A program made the translations under genes and the position numbers. Below, piece by piece: positions 31,072 to 43,900 of a stretch of DNA of 64,000 bases. Within the stretch, counting starts at the first letter, position 1; the number at the start of each line of letters is the position of its first letter. Source of the DNA: Botryllus schlosseri (Eukaryota); NCBI GenBank assembly GCA_051294905.1, contig CM119382.1, forward strand, positions 10,540,001 through 10,604,000, read 5' to 3'. Below the pieces are notes generated by a model that saw only the letters and a program-made list of their open reading frames with translations, searched no databases and was not told the DNA's origin.

Positions 31072-31908
31072 AGTATGACTCTAAGGTGCATGCCTCCTCT
31101 CTACATCGCCTAGGCCCAGGTGGGTGTCTGATTTCAAAGACAACTCCAAGTCGTTTCGAAACCATCCTATCGTTTCATTGTATCGTAGTTTTGTGGTGTT
31201 TTGAAATGATGAAAATACCAATATACTGATACTGATACTTTACGCTTTTACCGAAAGCGATCTCGTTTTTTTATAGTCTGGCAAGAAGGATTTCCGACAA
31301 ACCGTGGATTATGCAGAACAGGCCGCGCGTTTGCTTTGCTTGATGAGGTTCGAAATTCGATCGGTATACTCGTGTTTCGGCAAATGGCTGGATATTGCTA
31401 ACCTCTGAGATTGTATAAAATCCCGCGAACTGAAATTTGGTGTGATATTACTGCGATTTTCAAGCGACTGTACGTATAGACGTCGATTTTCACGGTAAGC
31501 ACATGCATCCATGAGCCATATGGCCCATATGCACCAACCATGGTGCTGCTAATGCTTGTCGACTGCATATTACATAGTGATGTGAAAACCAAGGGTAGAT
31601 TTTCGGTCAGTGAAAGAATGTGAATGACGCTTGCGAAAATGACACCGAATCGAATTACCATACATTGAGATGATGAAAGTTGTTGGAACGCAGTAAATGT
31701 TTCATAGATGATTCCATGCAAATTGCAAATACTGTCGTGCTCGTGAAATGGAAATGATTTCCAATCTTGATTTATTTGCGTTGCAGAGTTGATGCTAATG
31801 GATGTTGGATTCTGAGATATTTATATTGAAAGAATATTCGCCACTGTGATCGACTATAGTGAATTGCCATTATTACTGTAGCGCATACGTGTTCTGCAAA
31901 GATCAAAG

Positions 31909-34900
31909 ATGGACGCTGGATTTTTCAGAGTAAGTTTTGCTTGCAAATCTTGTATCATGGATCGAAATATAGTTTTATAGTGGTAGCGCAGAACTAATTC
32001 TAATTGCACAACCATTATCATTGAGTATCTCGTCAATTTTGTGCCGTATTCCCTGTGGATTTCGAAGTATTTTCATTGTAGATTTATCAAGTTAATTACC
32101 GGTATATTTAATAAATTAAGCTATGTGATTACCATGACTACAATAACTATATTTCTAAATAACTTGTCTTATGGTTTGATGTAGGTTGGGTTACTCTTAC
32201 TGGTAATTCACAACTTCACAAACTATTTCACCTTCCCATGCATGGTAATGGTTCACTTCTTTGTTTACTCGGATGTCTTTTAGTGTAATTTTATAAGTAT
32301 AACTATCCTATTAGTCATCGAATCGGAAACTGACAGAAAGTCATTCTGAAAATAGGACGCTCTTATATCTTATTCACGCATTCAGGGCACCAGCACCGAG
32401 CAAGATAACAGGTTTGCGAATAAGCAAAAGAAACTGTTGAAATCCATGAAGTTTGCAGAAGGATTGGATGCGAAGGTAATGAGACCGTTTCTAATTGAAT
32501 TTATATATAGGCCCTATATTCTTTTTCATGATCTTTAATCGAGATTCCCTTCTTGCAATAGCGTAGGTGTTTTTTGCCAGCACGGTACTATTTCCTTCAC
32601 AGACAAAGTATTGAACTTTGCACTTCATTAATTACAGATTAGTTCATATTATTTTTATAACCAAGTAATCTCCTTGTAGATCGATTCCAGTCCTAATCTG
32701 TCGTCGTAAAATGAGCTCGATAATTGTGAATTGCTTTTGTTTCGTAATTGTATTGCTGTGAATCGTTTTTCTTCTTTCCTAGATTGACATGCAAAAAGTT
32801 AACCTCGACACAGTGAAGCCTTGGGTGACCGAAAAGATTACAGAAATTCTTGGATTTGAAGACGACGTGGTCATTGGTTACGTTTTTAATCATTTGGATG
32901 AAAGGGTGAGTCGTGCTAGAAATTTCAAGTTCAATTCCATTTTTGTAATTATTATAAATCCCGATCCATAATCTCTGATATCCATTGGCTCTTTTCAGGA
33001 GAAATTGCAACCTTACCAGTTCACGCTGTGTGAGTCTCATTGTTTTTGTTTCTTAGTTTCCAGACCCGAAAACGCTTCAGATAAATCTGACCGGGTTCTT
33101 GAATGCAAAGAACTCGAGGTTGTTTCTCGGGGAGTTGTGGCCTCTTTTAACTTCCGCGCAAGACAATGCGACCGGGATACCGGTACGGTTCATCGAGCAG
33201 AAGAAGGAAGAGCTGAAACTTCGTCAGGTAGTGACAGTGATTTTTTGACGTTGGGATGAATGCTATGTCTGACATGTTCACAGTCCTGTGTAGTTGTTGG
33301 GGATGAATAATTTCCATTTGTGTTGATTTTTTGGCGCGTTAACGTCAGTAATGATTCAGAAATACCTACTTACTCTCTTGTGTCTCTGTTACTCAGTTTA
33401 TACTGACGTCAAAATGAATGTGAAAGCCTGTTTGTGACGTTGTGACAGTCATAAAACATAAGCGCTTATAGGGCACAAGTAGAAAGATTAGACAGTCTTC
33501 AAGTCTGCTAGCTTGTCGTTAAAGAGGCGTAGATGGCTTTGGAACAGTGTTATACCTCAATTTGCCCCTATTCAACCATCAATAGAACTTTTGTTGTATG
33601 CAAAGGCAACTGTAACGAAATGCTGCTACTTCTGCACTACTTCCTCAAGCGGTAATCTTTTTTTGACACTTCTACTTACTAGTTTGCAGGCAGAACTACC
33701 ATTTACGTTGTGGCTTCTGTAAAGTAATAAGTAGTTTAGGGACATATTTCTATCACTTTAACGAGTGAAATTGTCGTAAAACTGGAGAAATAGTCCCTGT
33801 ATCGCAGTTGTGGAGTTTCTTTTTTTAAATTTGTTATGTCATTTTTGTGTTGGACTCTAAGCTGCTCCACAAAATGAGCTACCTCCTATTAACAGCCTAA
33901 AGTATGCGACCGCTTGACCATATCTACTTTCTGAAGGTCCCGGCTGTAGCAGTTGCAATGCACGTATAGCTCGGAAACAAACATTAACGCTAGGTTGTCC
34001 CGCTGTTGTTTAATGCTGTGCTGGCTGGCGTTAGCCGTTGTTAACATGCTGTTCTATTGTAGGCGGAAGCGGAGAAGTTAGCAGCGCTGATCAAAGTGGA
34101 GGAGGACAGGAAGGAAAAGGACAAGAAGAGACAACGGTGAGGCGGACAGTTTGTTTCCACACATTTTTGACTGAATAAAGCAGAGAAACAGCTTTGTCCG
34201 AGTTGAGCGGTATATTCATTGTTTGCATCATGGTCATGTGTAAAGGCACGCAACACGTTCAACTTACGGTTGTGTTCCGTGATAAATCAATAGCATCTGC
34301 AGTCTGCACTATACTGCAGTAATTGGCACAGATCGCATAAAACGTACGTAACCTTCAGGTTAATTGTATTGTACAGTATTTTCGACACCAAACCGTTCAG
34401 TGAATACCGTATTACTGTGTAAGTGTAACACGCACATTGGGTTGAAATAGTACTTCTTGATATCCCCACCAACGCAATGGACTGTCAAGGAAGCTCATTG
34501 CTCATTTCTTCGAATGCTTTAATGACAATTTCACAAGATGCACGCAGCTCTACCCGATTTGAGTGACACTGAAGTTGGTACGACGTTGTATGAGTTCATT
34601 GTCAATTGTTACTGCATGAATCGTCATTGATTCACTATAATCACTCGTCTCGCGTTAAAAGGAACGAAGTACTGTGTACTGTGCCATAACCTTAGAACGA
34701 AAAGAATTGTGAGCCTGTGTACTGGTGAACCGGGGTTTTACTGGCAATTTTTCCTTTTTTTCCGTTCCTGAGTGGTTCCGCGGGATATCCGGTGTCCGCA
34801 TCAAGCGGAGTCAGTTGTAATTCCATTTACGGCTTCATTTCTTGGTATCAACGCTCATCAGCAGTGATATTGCTGCTACCATGCAAAACTTTGACCATTT

Positions 34901-37900
34901 ATTTTGGCCACGCTCTATCCGACAGGGGTAATATTACAGGCAGCGCCGTTAAATCTCCTGACGCCATGCATCAGAGCTTCTCGCAGTCAGCAACCCGTAA
35001 CCTTCTCGATAAAGGTGGGCTTGCAATTGCGTTTCGCTCGGTGTTGCGGGGAAAGTTAACTTGCCGTTGTCGAAACGCATTTTAGAGTCGGATGACGCTG
35101 AGAAATTCGCCGCTTCTCTCGTGACGACTTTTCGGCGGTTGGGCGTTGAGAAATTTCAAGAGGCCAAAGTCGAAATACACCGATTGCTTTATAATTTAGA
35201 ATTTGATAAGTGACATTTTGATAAATTAGTGATGATGAAAATGTAATTCTTAATTACACGTACGCATGTGTTGATCTGTACTTGCGTAGACGTAAAGAAT
35301 CGCGATACTTCCACATAGGTGTAAATGCGATCTAGTGAATGCCAATATCAATAACTAGAGAGATAGCTCGATAATTGAGTGGAATCAATGGCCTTGGGTG
35401 ACAGAGGGGGTCATTAACGAAGTACTTCTATTTTACGCTTGCACTATTTACTCTCTTTTACTTGGACAATTTTCAGCAAAACTTGGGTACAATACTTGCT
35501 TTTACAATGTTACTATGTTATTTCTACTTGAGTACGGGGGAGAGGCCTCGAGTTTTGTCACGTTTGGCTAATTTCTGTGAGCGTTTTAATTTCAATCATG
35601 TCGAGGCGATTTGAAAAATAAATTGATATGAAACATGAGATTCGATTTGTACCTGACCGGATGCAGTGTGTGAAATTATGGGAAAGTAAGTCCAACTGTG
35701 TGCTACACTGATATGTGAAATAGGGTAAGTAAGTTGGTTAATACAGATCCGCGACTAATAAAAGAACAGGTCGAGGTGAATCGGTACAACAATATGTATT
35801 GGGTGTCACGTTTGTTTAGTGGGAGTGAGAAGCTTTTGATACAAAATTAAGTCCACTCAGTGACCATTGTGCTTACATTTTATTGGCGTTAGCAACTGAC
35901 CACGTATGTAGTGTCAGTGCCAGCAAAGGGTCCCTCATTGGTCCTCTGCTGCCCCGTTGTTTTTCCAGTTGCTGCCGACACTTCATTCTCGCTCTCTCTT
36001 CCACAGATCCAGGAGCCGGTCTCGGAGTCGTTCCAGAGACAGGAAACGTCACAGACGAAGCAGGAGGTCCCGGACGCCGTCCCCACGTAGAAGTCGCCGT
36101 GGCGAAAGAGAGAGGTTTGGCCTTCTGACGATATACTGTATACCTGTGGTTCTCAACCGGTACTTGTGAACTTTCCCACTGGACTGCCGAGTATATTTCA
36201 ATTTTGTTAATTAGTGAAATGAAACACCAAATTTTCACTGATTTCAGAACGCTTTCCGACATGATATATAGAGTCCATGGTATACTTACGACTTGTCCAA
36301 CACCAAAAATCTGCAGTTGTCCTCGAAAATTAACCTGGGACTAATTTAAGACCAGAAATATATGAAAACTAAGATCAAATTTTACAGTAGGCTACTATTC
36401 AGCGGCAGAATCAAGTTAGTGTCACGATTCTATCTTTCCGGCAAATTTCTTGTTCTTAGTTTCGAGTTGTATACTTTGTCTTTTGATATTTGAAAGCTCA
36501 TGACCCTCAAAATTTGTTTTGCAACTTTACCTGTCCGCAAGCCGAATAGGTTGAGAACCACTGCTGTATACGATCGAATACCTCACTTTGTCGCTAAGAT
36601 TCTTCGCAAATGGACCGGCTTTTTTTGCAGACCTGAGGATTCCGGTAACAAGAAAGAAGAAATTGAAATCAGCATCAAGACCGAGGCCCAACCCAACACA
36701 GTTGCTTCTGGTAACAGAGCTGTGCCGATGCTTTCCCAGATTCGATTATTTTCGGCCTTGGCTCAAGCTTATTTTCTGACGTGGTGTTACGGAGCGGTTA
36801 CTATATCTTAATTTACATTTATTTTTCAATGTGTCAGTATTGTGATGTCATGATCTTAACGCTAACAGCGTCGGAGATTTGCTTTCTCCATACGAGCAAA
36901 TGCAGGCTGTAAGTTATCCTGAATGTTACCCGCCGTCATCAGGATTGTAATTTACAGAGAATGGAACGGCGAAAACGGAAGAGGAGAAAGAGAAGCACGA
37001 CGAGGAGGAGAAAGAGAAAACTGCGGAGGATGCGGAACCAGATAAAGAGCAGGAGGAAGTGAACGGAGTAGAAACGAAGGAGTGAGTAACGCCTTTGTGC
37101 GTGCTGGTTTTTTCCTTGTGCGTTCAACCTTGAAGCGTTTGCGCAGGGATGATGCGAAAACGGATGAGGTGGTGAAGAAGGAAAAAGAGGAGAAGGATTC
37201 TAAGGAGGAGAAAGGGAGCGAGAGGAAGAGAGCGGACGGGAGGGATCGGTCTGGAAGCAGAAAGAGATCTGGGTTAGTTGTTACGTGCGATGCTGTATAC
37301 TCTCGGGATCGATTGTTTGGTATTTGTTGTGAAGAAGAGCAGTGGTGTAGTCAGAGGGGTCGAAATGGAGCGCTTGACATATCCTGCGGTGTTGTAGTCT
37401 CACGTGCCAACCAAATATCACCATCGTATATCTTTGTTTTGTCTTCATGTTCTTATCGTAGTACGCGAAAATGGAGCCTCGAAATATTTTCTACTACGCT
37501 TTTTTCTTGGCTGTATACGCGCATGACGTGTCTCGAGTCTGAATCCTAATTGCATTCTGTCAGCTCCTCACTGGATGGGAAATATTCGACTAGAACTGGT
37601 ATAAGAACTAAGAAGGTGCCCTAGTCGCTGCTTGTAGAAACTCTGAGCGAGTTTTTTCCTTTTCCGAGTGAAAAGAAGAGTCTGTGCTGCGATTTGAAAC
37701 TTAACGTGGTAGTGATGTCGAGTCTGGTTGTGAAGGGGTTTCGCCTGTCAAGTTTTTCGACTCCGCAATCCCACACACGCGATACACTTTAAGGCAGGCG
37801 CTTTCTGTTTGCAAGAAAGCATGTTTCTTTATGAATTATTCAAAGAGTTGAAACATCGTGTAACCCTTGCGTCAGCGTTGTTTTTGATGTGATTAGTGGG

Positions 37901-40900
37901 CTTGGTTTTGAATGTCTCGATGTTTCATATGATTATTAGTAGCAATCTCATGATTGCATTCCACTATGGCCGTAATCGGCAATTATTTTAGACAGGGTAC
38001 CGAGACTGCAACGTTATTGTGCATGATCATTTGATCAATTGCAGGCAAGTAACAGTGTTTGGACAGTCCTGACTGCTACAGTAATCCTCTCATAATCACT
38101 TGGCTTACGGGTTGGTCGATCGATTATGCTTGTGAGGCATTTGTTTTCTGGAATCGTTACATGAATATTTCAATGGTAGCGTGAATTCTCCACTCCAAAC
38201 ACGTGCACTCGTGCAGTGTTGAGCCCACCTCCAGCTCGGTAAACCGGGCGCAGTTTTAACGTGCGCGGTGTGCTACAGGAGCAGATCGCGAAACAGGAGG
38301 TCCCGTTCAAGATCGAGGAGACGCGACTCTAGGAGGTCCAGGTCCCGCGGCAGGAACAGGCGGTCAAGATCTCGGAATAGGGGGCATTTCTCGAGGTATG
38401 TAGCCGGTTTTCGACGCTACTGAAAAGTTCGAAACATGCAGGACCTTCATAAAAGTCAATGGTAATGAAACCTTCGCAAAGTAATCAAATATTATATCCG
38501 GTTAGCGATTGCTTCAAGCGATTTGACTAAATCTCTGTACAATTTTTGGCCATGTTGTGATTGTGAATATGTGATGTCGTAATATATTCATATTGAATGG
38601 CCAGAATTTTTTGACTGACACAATTGTCAGGGGTAATCATCATGTAGTCATATTTAGTGATACGATTGGTGATATACAATGTTCTTTCCAATTCTCTACT
38701 AGTTGCTGACGATCAGCCTACCCCTGACGAGTGAGTGAGTGACGAAAATATTGGAGTTTATTTCGATATGATATATTATAATAATTCAATTGTAACTTCC
38801 ATTTCATGGTTATTTACTGGTAATGGGAAAAAACACTCTTTTCCTGCCTGCATGTTTTGAACTTTTCCGTTGTTCCAGAAAAGACGTTATACCGTTTTGA
38901 GTAGGTTGTTGCGAAAACGTAGATGTGATAGCGCAAGGCTTTATTGAAATTGGTCACGGGACTTCTCTCTAGATACTGCGGAAACAACCCTACTCGGATA
39001 TCTGTTACGAAAACGCAATACATCGCATATTTGACCTAATCTTAGGGTTGACATGATCGTCATATCTTGATGAATATGACCTTGTAATCTTTCTGGGAAT
39101 AGATTAGCAATTTCATTTTGATGCGGATTTGTGGACGCATTATATTAGATAATATGCCAGGCGTGTCGCAATCTGTAATGATCAATCGATTTCTATTTAT
39201 CATATGTTCCCCGATGCAAGCTGCTGGCAGTTGTCAACCACGTTTTATCGTTGTGAACTTATTTGCTGATGCTGGGCAACACTAATTTTTAGAGTTGTGC
39301 ACCTAGAAAAGCAAGTCTTGTGTAAATTTCCCTGAATTTTATGCCACTTTTGTAACCAATAACCTGCACCATTGGTAAAAAGAATACGCTGGACAAATGG
39401 AAATGTGCGTGCGTGGAATAGCGCATCTCGCGGCGTCATGCCGCTTTATCGTGAAAACTAAAGTCGGATGTTAACTTTCTATCTATTCTTCTCAGCCGTA
39501 TAAAACCGATTTGCTTGAGAACGATTTTTGCTTGAAGGAGGAGGAGTCGCTCGTATTCTGGAAGCAGACGGAGGAACGTGCCCAGGAGGTCACGATCTCG
39601 CTCGCCTAGAGCGGCGAGAGACCAAGGTAGTTTATTCTAGTGCCTGTGCAGTGATCTATTATCTTTTGGTATTAACCGTGTGTCCATTACTCACCGGCCT
39701 AGGCGTTGATCGCAACTCGCTTTGCGATTAGCATTCATTTTTGGAAAAACTCTCCAGTTATTCTGATTTGTCTGAGATGGAGTCATTTTATTGTAACCTG
39801 GAAGATCATTTCCAACCTGTCAAGTCTGTTCTCCCCAGTTTTTGAGATCGCACAAATTATAACAATACGAATCGTCCATATTTCATGGCGGACACCCGAC
39901 CGACTCGTTGAGATGGCGGTAAATTTTCAAAATGTGAATGTCCCTCGCGTTCTTGACTCGGAAATTTGAACGTTTAAAATGTTGCTCGAATATCAAGTCA
40001 TGTTTGTCTAGGATTGGAATTTTCATGTCGAATGTAATTAATTCCGAATTTATCGATACTGCCTACACGTTTTGCGAGATTATAATAGCCTGCACGTTTG
40101 TGGTCTGAAATAAGTTCCAACGTTTGTACAATAGCTGCTGATTTCGACTAGTGACTAAGTTCAACGAGCTACGGTGAATGTGGTCCAATCCCGACCGGGA
40201 TTCCACAGTGTATCAATCGAAAAGTGTAACGGTTTTGCCTAGGAGTAATCCTTCGATATGGTGTTGTACGCTGTGTAGTTGCGTAGTGTTGTGCCATCAT
40301 AATATGATGTTGCTCTGCGGTGAAAGCGCTCCAGATGATATCTCTTTGGATTGGGGAAGGGCGAAGATGTTAGATTGTTTGGTTCCTCCGCTGAATGGTA
40401 TCGTTTTCAGACCGAGGAGCGCCGCGTAGGAGGAGGGCTTCGACTTCTTCCTCTTCGTCTTCATCTGGATCAAGGTCGCCGTCTCCATCAAAGGCATCTG
40501 CGAAAAAACAGTGAGTTTATTGACGCGGCTATTTCTTGATGCAATGCTTCACAATACTAAGCGCTGGTAGGTTGGAGGAACTTACAATCACTGATGTGAT
40601 CCTGAGAATGCAACCGTACAATATCGACTGATAACTATATGAAGCATGTGGCTGCTGTGTTGTGTGATAAGCAAAGCAGTGTTGGGATGAAGTTGCTACC
40701 TTCGAGTCACAAGTCAATTCGAGTCAATTCGAGTCTAGGTATATTTGCGCATTTTGACTCGAGTTAAGTCAAGTCGTTTGACTTTTGAAGGTGACTTGAG
40801 TCAAGTCACTAAGTCATGCTGAATTTTCGGAGTTCCAGGCAGGATTCATGCCCTTGCATCTTGAAACATGATTGAAGTATAGATTTATTTACTACTAATT

Positions 40901-43900
40901 ATGAATCGAGTAACGAATGTAGCTTTAATTAATGGCTCGCATATTCGTGTATAGGCTACTAGGCCACGTCGGTGACTGTGGACTGTAGACGATACGATAT
41001 GAAACCTCAGAAAGTTGAAACAAGTGGATATGATCTAATATACAATCCACCAACACATCCGCACGATATAATTACCAACCAACTGTTGACGAGTAGTATA
41101 AATGTATTAACTGTTATATCATTCCGATTTAAATTATGCAAGAGGTTATGAGCAGAAAGACACTGCTGTACTACCGGTCTCGAAATTTTTGCTTCGAAAA
41201 AAGTTAACCCGAGTTGTCCCAACACTGACCGGTATCTTGGGCCGAAGTATAATAGGACAATAGTTGAATTGATTTTCTGTGATGCTACAGGTAATAACGC
41301 GTTCATTTCTTCATTGAACACGAATTACTTTGTGCCCACAACTGTGCAAATGAGCCCGATTATCACGGCAACCGTGTTTTGGAAAATTGTACCCGTTTGT
41401 AGTGTCTCGAAGATTGCACCCCGCAATTCCTAGTGACTACTTCCGATTACTTAATTTCCTACTTCTACTTGTAATTGATATGAAATTTACAGGGTTACTT
41501 AAACGTGAGTAGCAAAGCTGGCAACTTTGATCGCCTCTAAATGGAATGGGATTTTTTTGTCGTGCGGTGAATTATCGGCCGATGGCCGTCGGAAACCGCT
41601 CGCTGATACAGGAGCTGAACGATGTTTTCTCGCAGGCCCGCCAAACCGGAGAATGCGGACAGCGGGAAAGCGGAGGACGCGAAGGGATCGGACAAAGAAG
41701 AGGGAAGTAAATCCGGGAACAGCGGAGACGAGAAGGAGGACGCGGCGAAGAAGGAGAAAGACGGAAGCTCGCTTCAGAAGAGGAGGCAGTATCGCGCTCG
41801 GAAGACCGAATCGTCAGGTATATTGATGCGGTGGCGGCGTGGCTTCCGGGACACGATGCTTGTTGTGGACGACGTCTTTATCGATTCCGCTTGTGCTTGG
41901 TGTCTCGCCGTTGTGTGTAGCGGATGAGCAGATTAACGATTTTCATGTCCAAATCTAGTATTGATTTTGTGTTATGTCCAGATTCAGTAGCAAGTGAAAT
42001 ATCATGTATATTCGAGTCAAATAGGAAATTATTAGTTTTGGCTGATTTCACTGGGCTGGGCAAAAGACTAGACCAGTGGTTCCCAACCTTTTTCGACTCA
42101 TCGCCCCCTTTTGAAGCTCCACACCGATCATCGCCCCCCAATTATTGGGAACCGAAAAAGGTCAACTTTTCGGCTCGACCTCGAAATTACACTTTTACAG
42201 CTAAATTTTCGTTGGGGCGCCTACGGACAATTAAACATTAGGGTTGTTCAGATTTGGGCAATTTTTTGGAAACTCGTTTTGCGTAATTCCAAATGATAGT
42301 TTAGTGCATAAAAACACCTCTAAAACCGATTTTATTCATTTTCATTGCGGTCTTCCTTGCGCGCAAAGCCCCCAAAGACCCACAGGCCAATTCTCCTTAC
42401 TAGCGACGATTCACCATTGCTGGTTTGTAGCTTTTGTGAAGTTTGCGGTAGAAAACGGCTGAGTAGAGCTGGGAAATATCAGGTTGAATTATCTTTTTGA
42501 CAATTGAACTTACCTACATTCCTATACATGCTAATTGCGTTTCACTTTCCCGTATTTGGTATAGGTAGCCGGGTGGTAGGCTTATGTATGAACGAATACA
42601 GGCATTTTCAGCCGGTTTTAACTCTGTAAATGTTAATCAAAGGCATATTGTATATGAATGTAATTTCACCTTTATAGTAGCTCCAATTCACCTAATCCGC
42701 ATCAGGTTTGCAGTATTTAATGAGTCTGAAAGAAAGTTGACACCCCCTTCCCCCACCTCCGAACACAGAAACTCAGGCCTGTCCTGTCCAAGACGTTGTC
42801 ACAGTAGCGAATACGGCCAGAATGCAAATATCAAAAGCTCACGACACAAGGCTTCTTCTCGAAAGATCATGACAGTTAAGTCTAAATGGGGGTTCTGATC
42901 CTCAACTACCAATGCATTCTGTCAGAAAACGTCCACGGTGTTCTTACGGAAACTGAATCAATAATCTCAATACATATTAGTCACTGTCGTCACCCACTTT
43001 GTTATGTGCTTACAACTGAGTTAACATAAGAAAAGAAATCTGGCCAGACTATGTTTCTGAAACTTGATGAATTTATTGTAAGGAAATTTGCATTATCAAA
43101 CTTGAAAAGCAGAATAAGGCAAACACAAATCCGGACCTAGTAGGCCGACCATTTACGTGACTTGAGACAATTGTGAAAGATGAAAATACAGTTATTATCA
43201 TTGAAGAACATGTTGAGAATTAGGTAAGCTTAAAAACAAAAGGTGGATAACAACAGGCTCTAGTCTCATGCAGGCTTATAGGATTTCAGTGCGGATTTAT
43301 TGAAGTTGTGATACTTCTGACGGTGTAGCTCAACAACTTGCAGCAGACTTTTCTTTTGGCGCTCATCATCTGTGATGATCGAAGCAAAGTCGGTGTTGAG
43401 TTTAACTCCTCGTTCAGCAGCGTCATTAACGACTTTGACATTGCTTACAAAATGGCTCATTTAATTGTATGATTCATGCTGAGGCCATTGTTCCACAGGC
43501 TGATTCAACAATTCTCCAGAACACTCAAATTCGTTGAACAAATGCCATGACTGAGGGCCCACTAAATCAGCCAAAGTGGTGTTATCCTCTATAGTCCTTT
43601 CTGACGAGAGAATGGGTGACCCACGTCGATAAGATTGAGGTTTTTCAACTTTCAGTAGGCGGCTTGCAATGCTTTTTCTGGTATCGCGACTTTCTTTTTC
43701 TGAGAACAAGGCATAAACCACAGTTTCTTCCACAATGTACCATGGATGCTTCTTCAACTTATTGAGAGCAGATTCAGCAACATCTTTATCGGTAGTTGCG
43801 TAACCGCGTATCTCTTGAATGAACCGCAAGTCGTTTCCCGGCGCGTCACGCCCAATGCTGCAGTCCAGCCAAGCAGGAACATAAAGTTTAGAAAAAGTTC

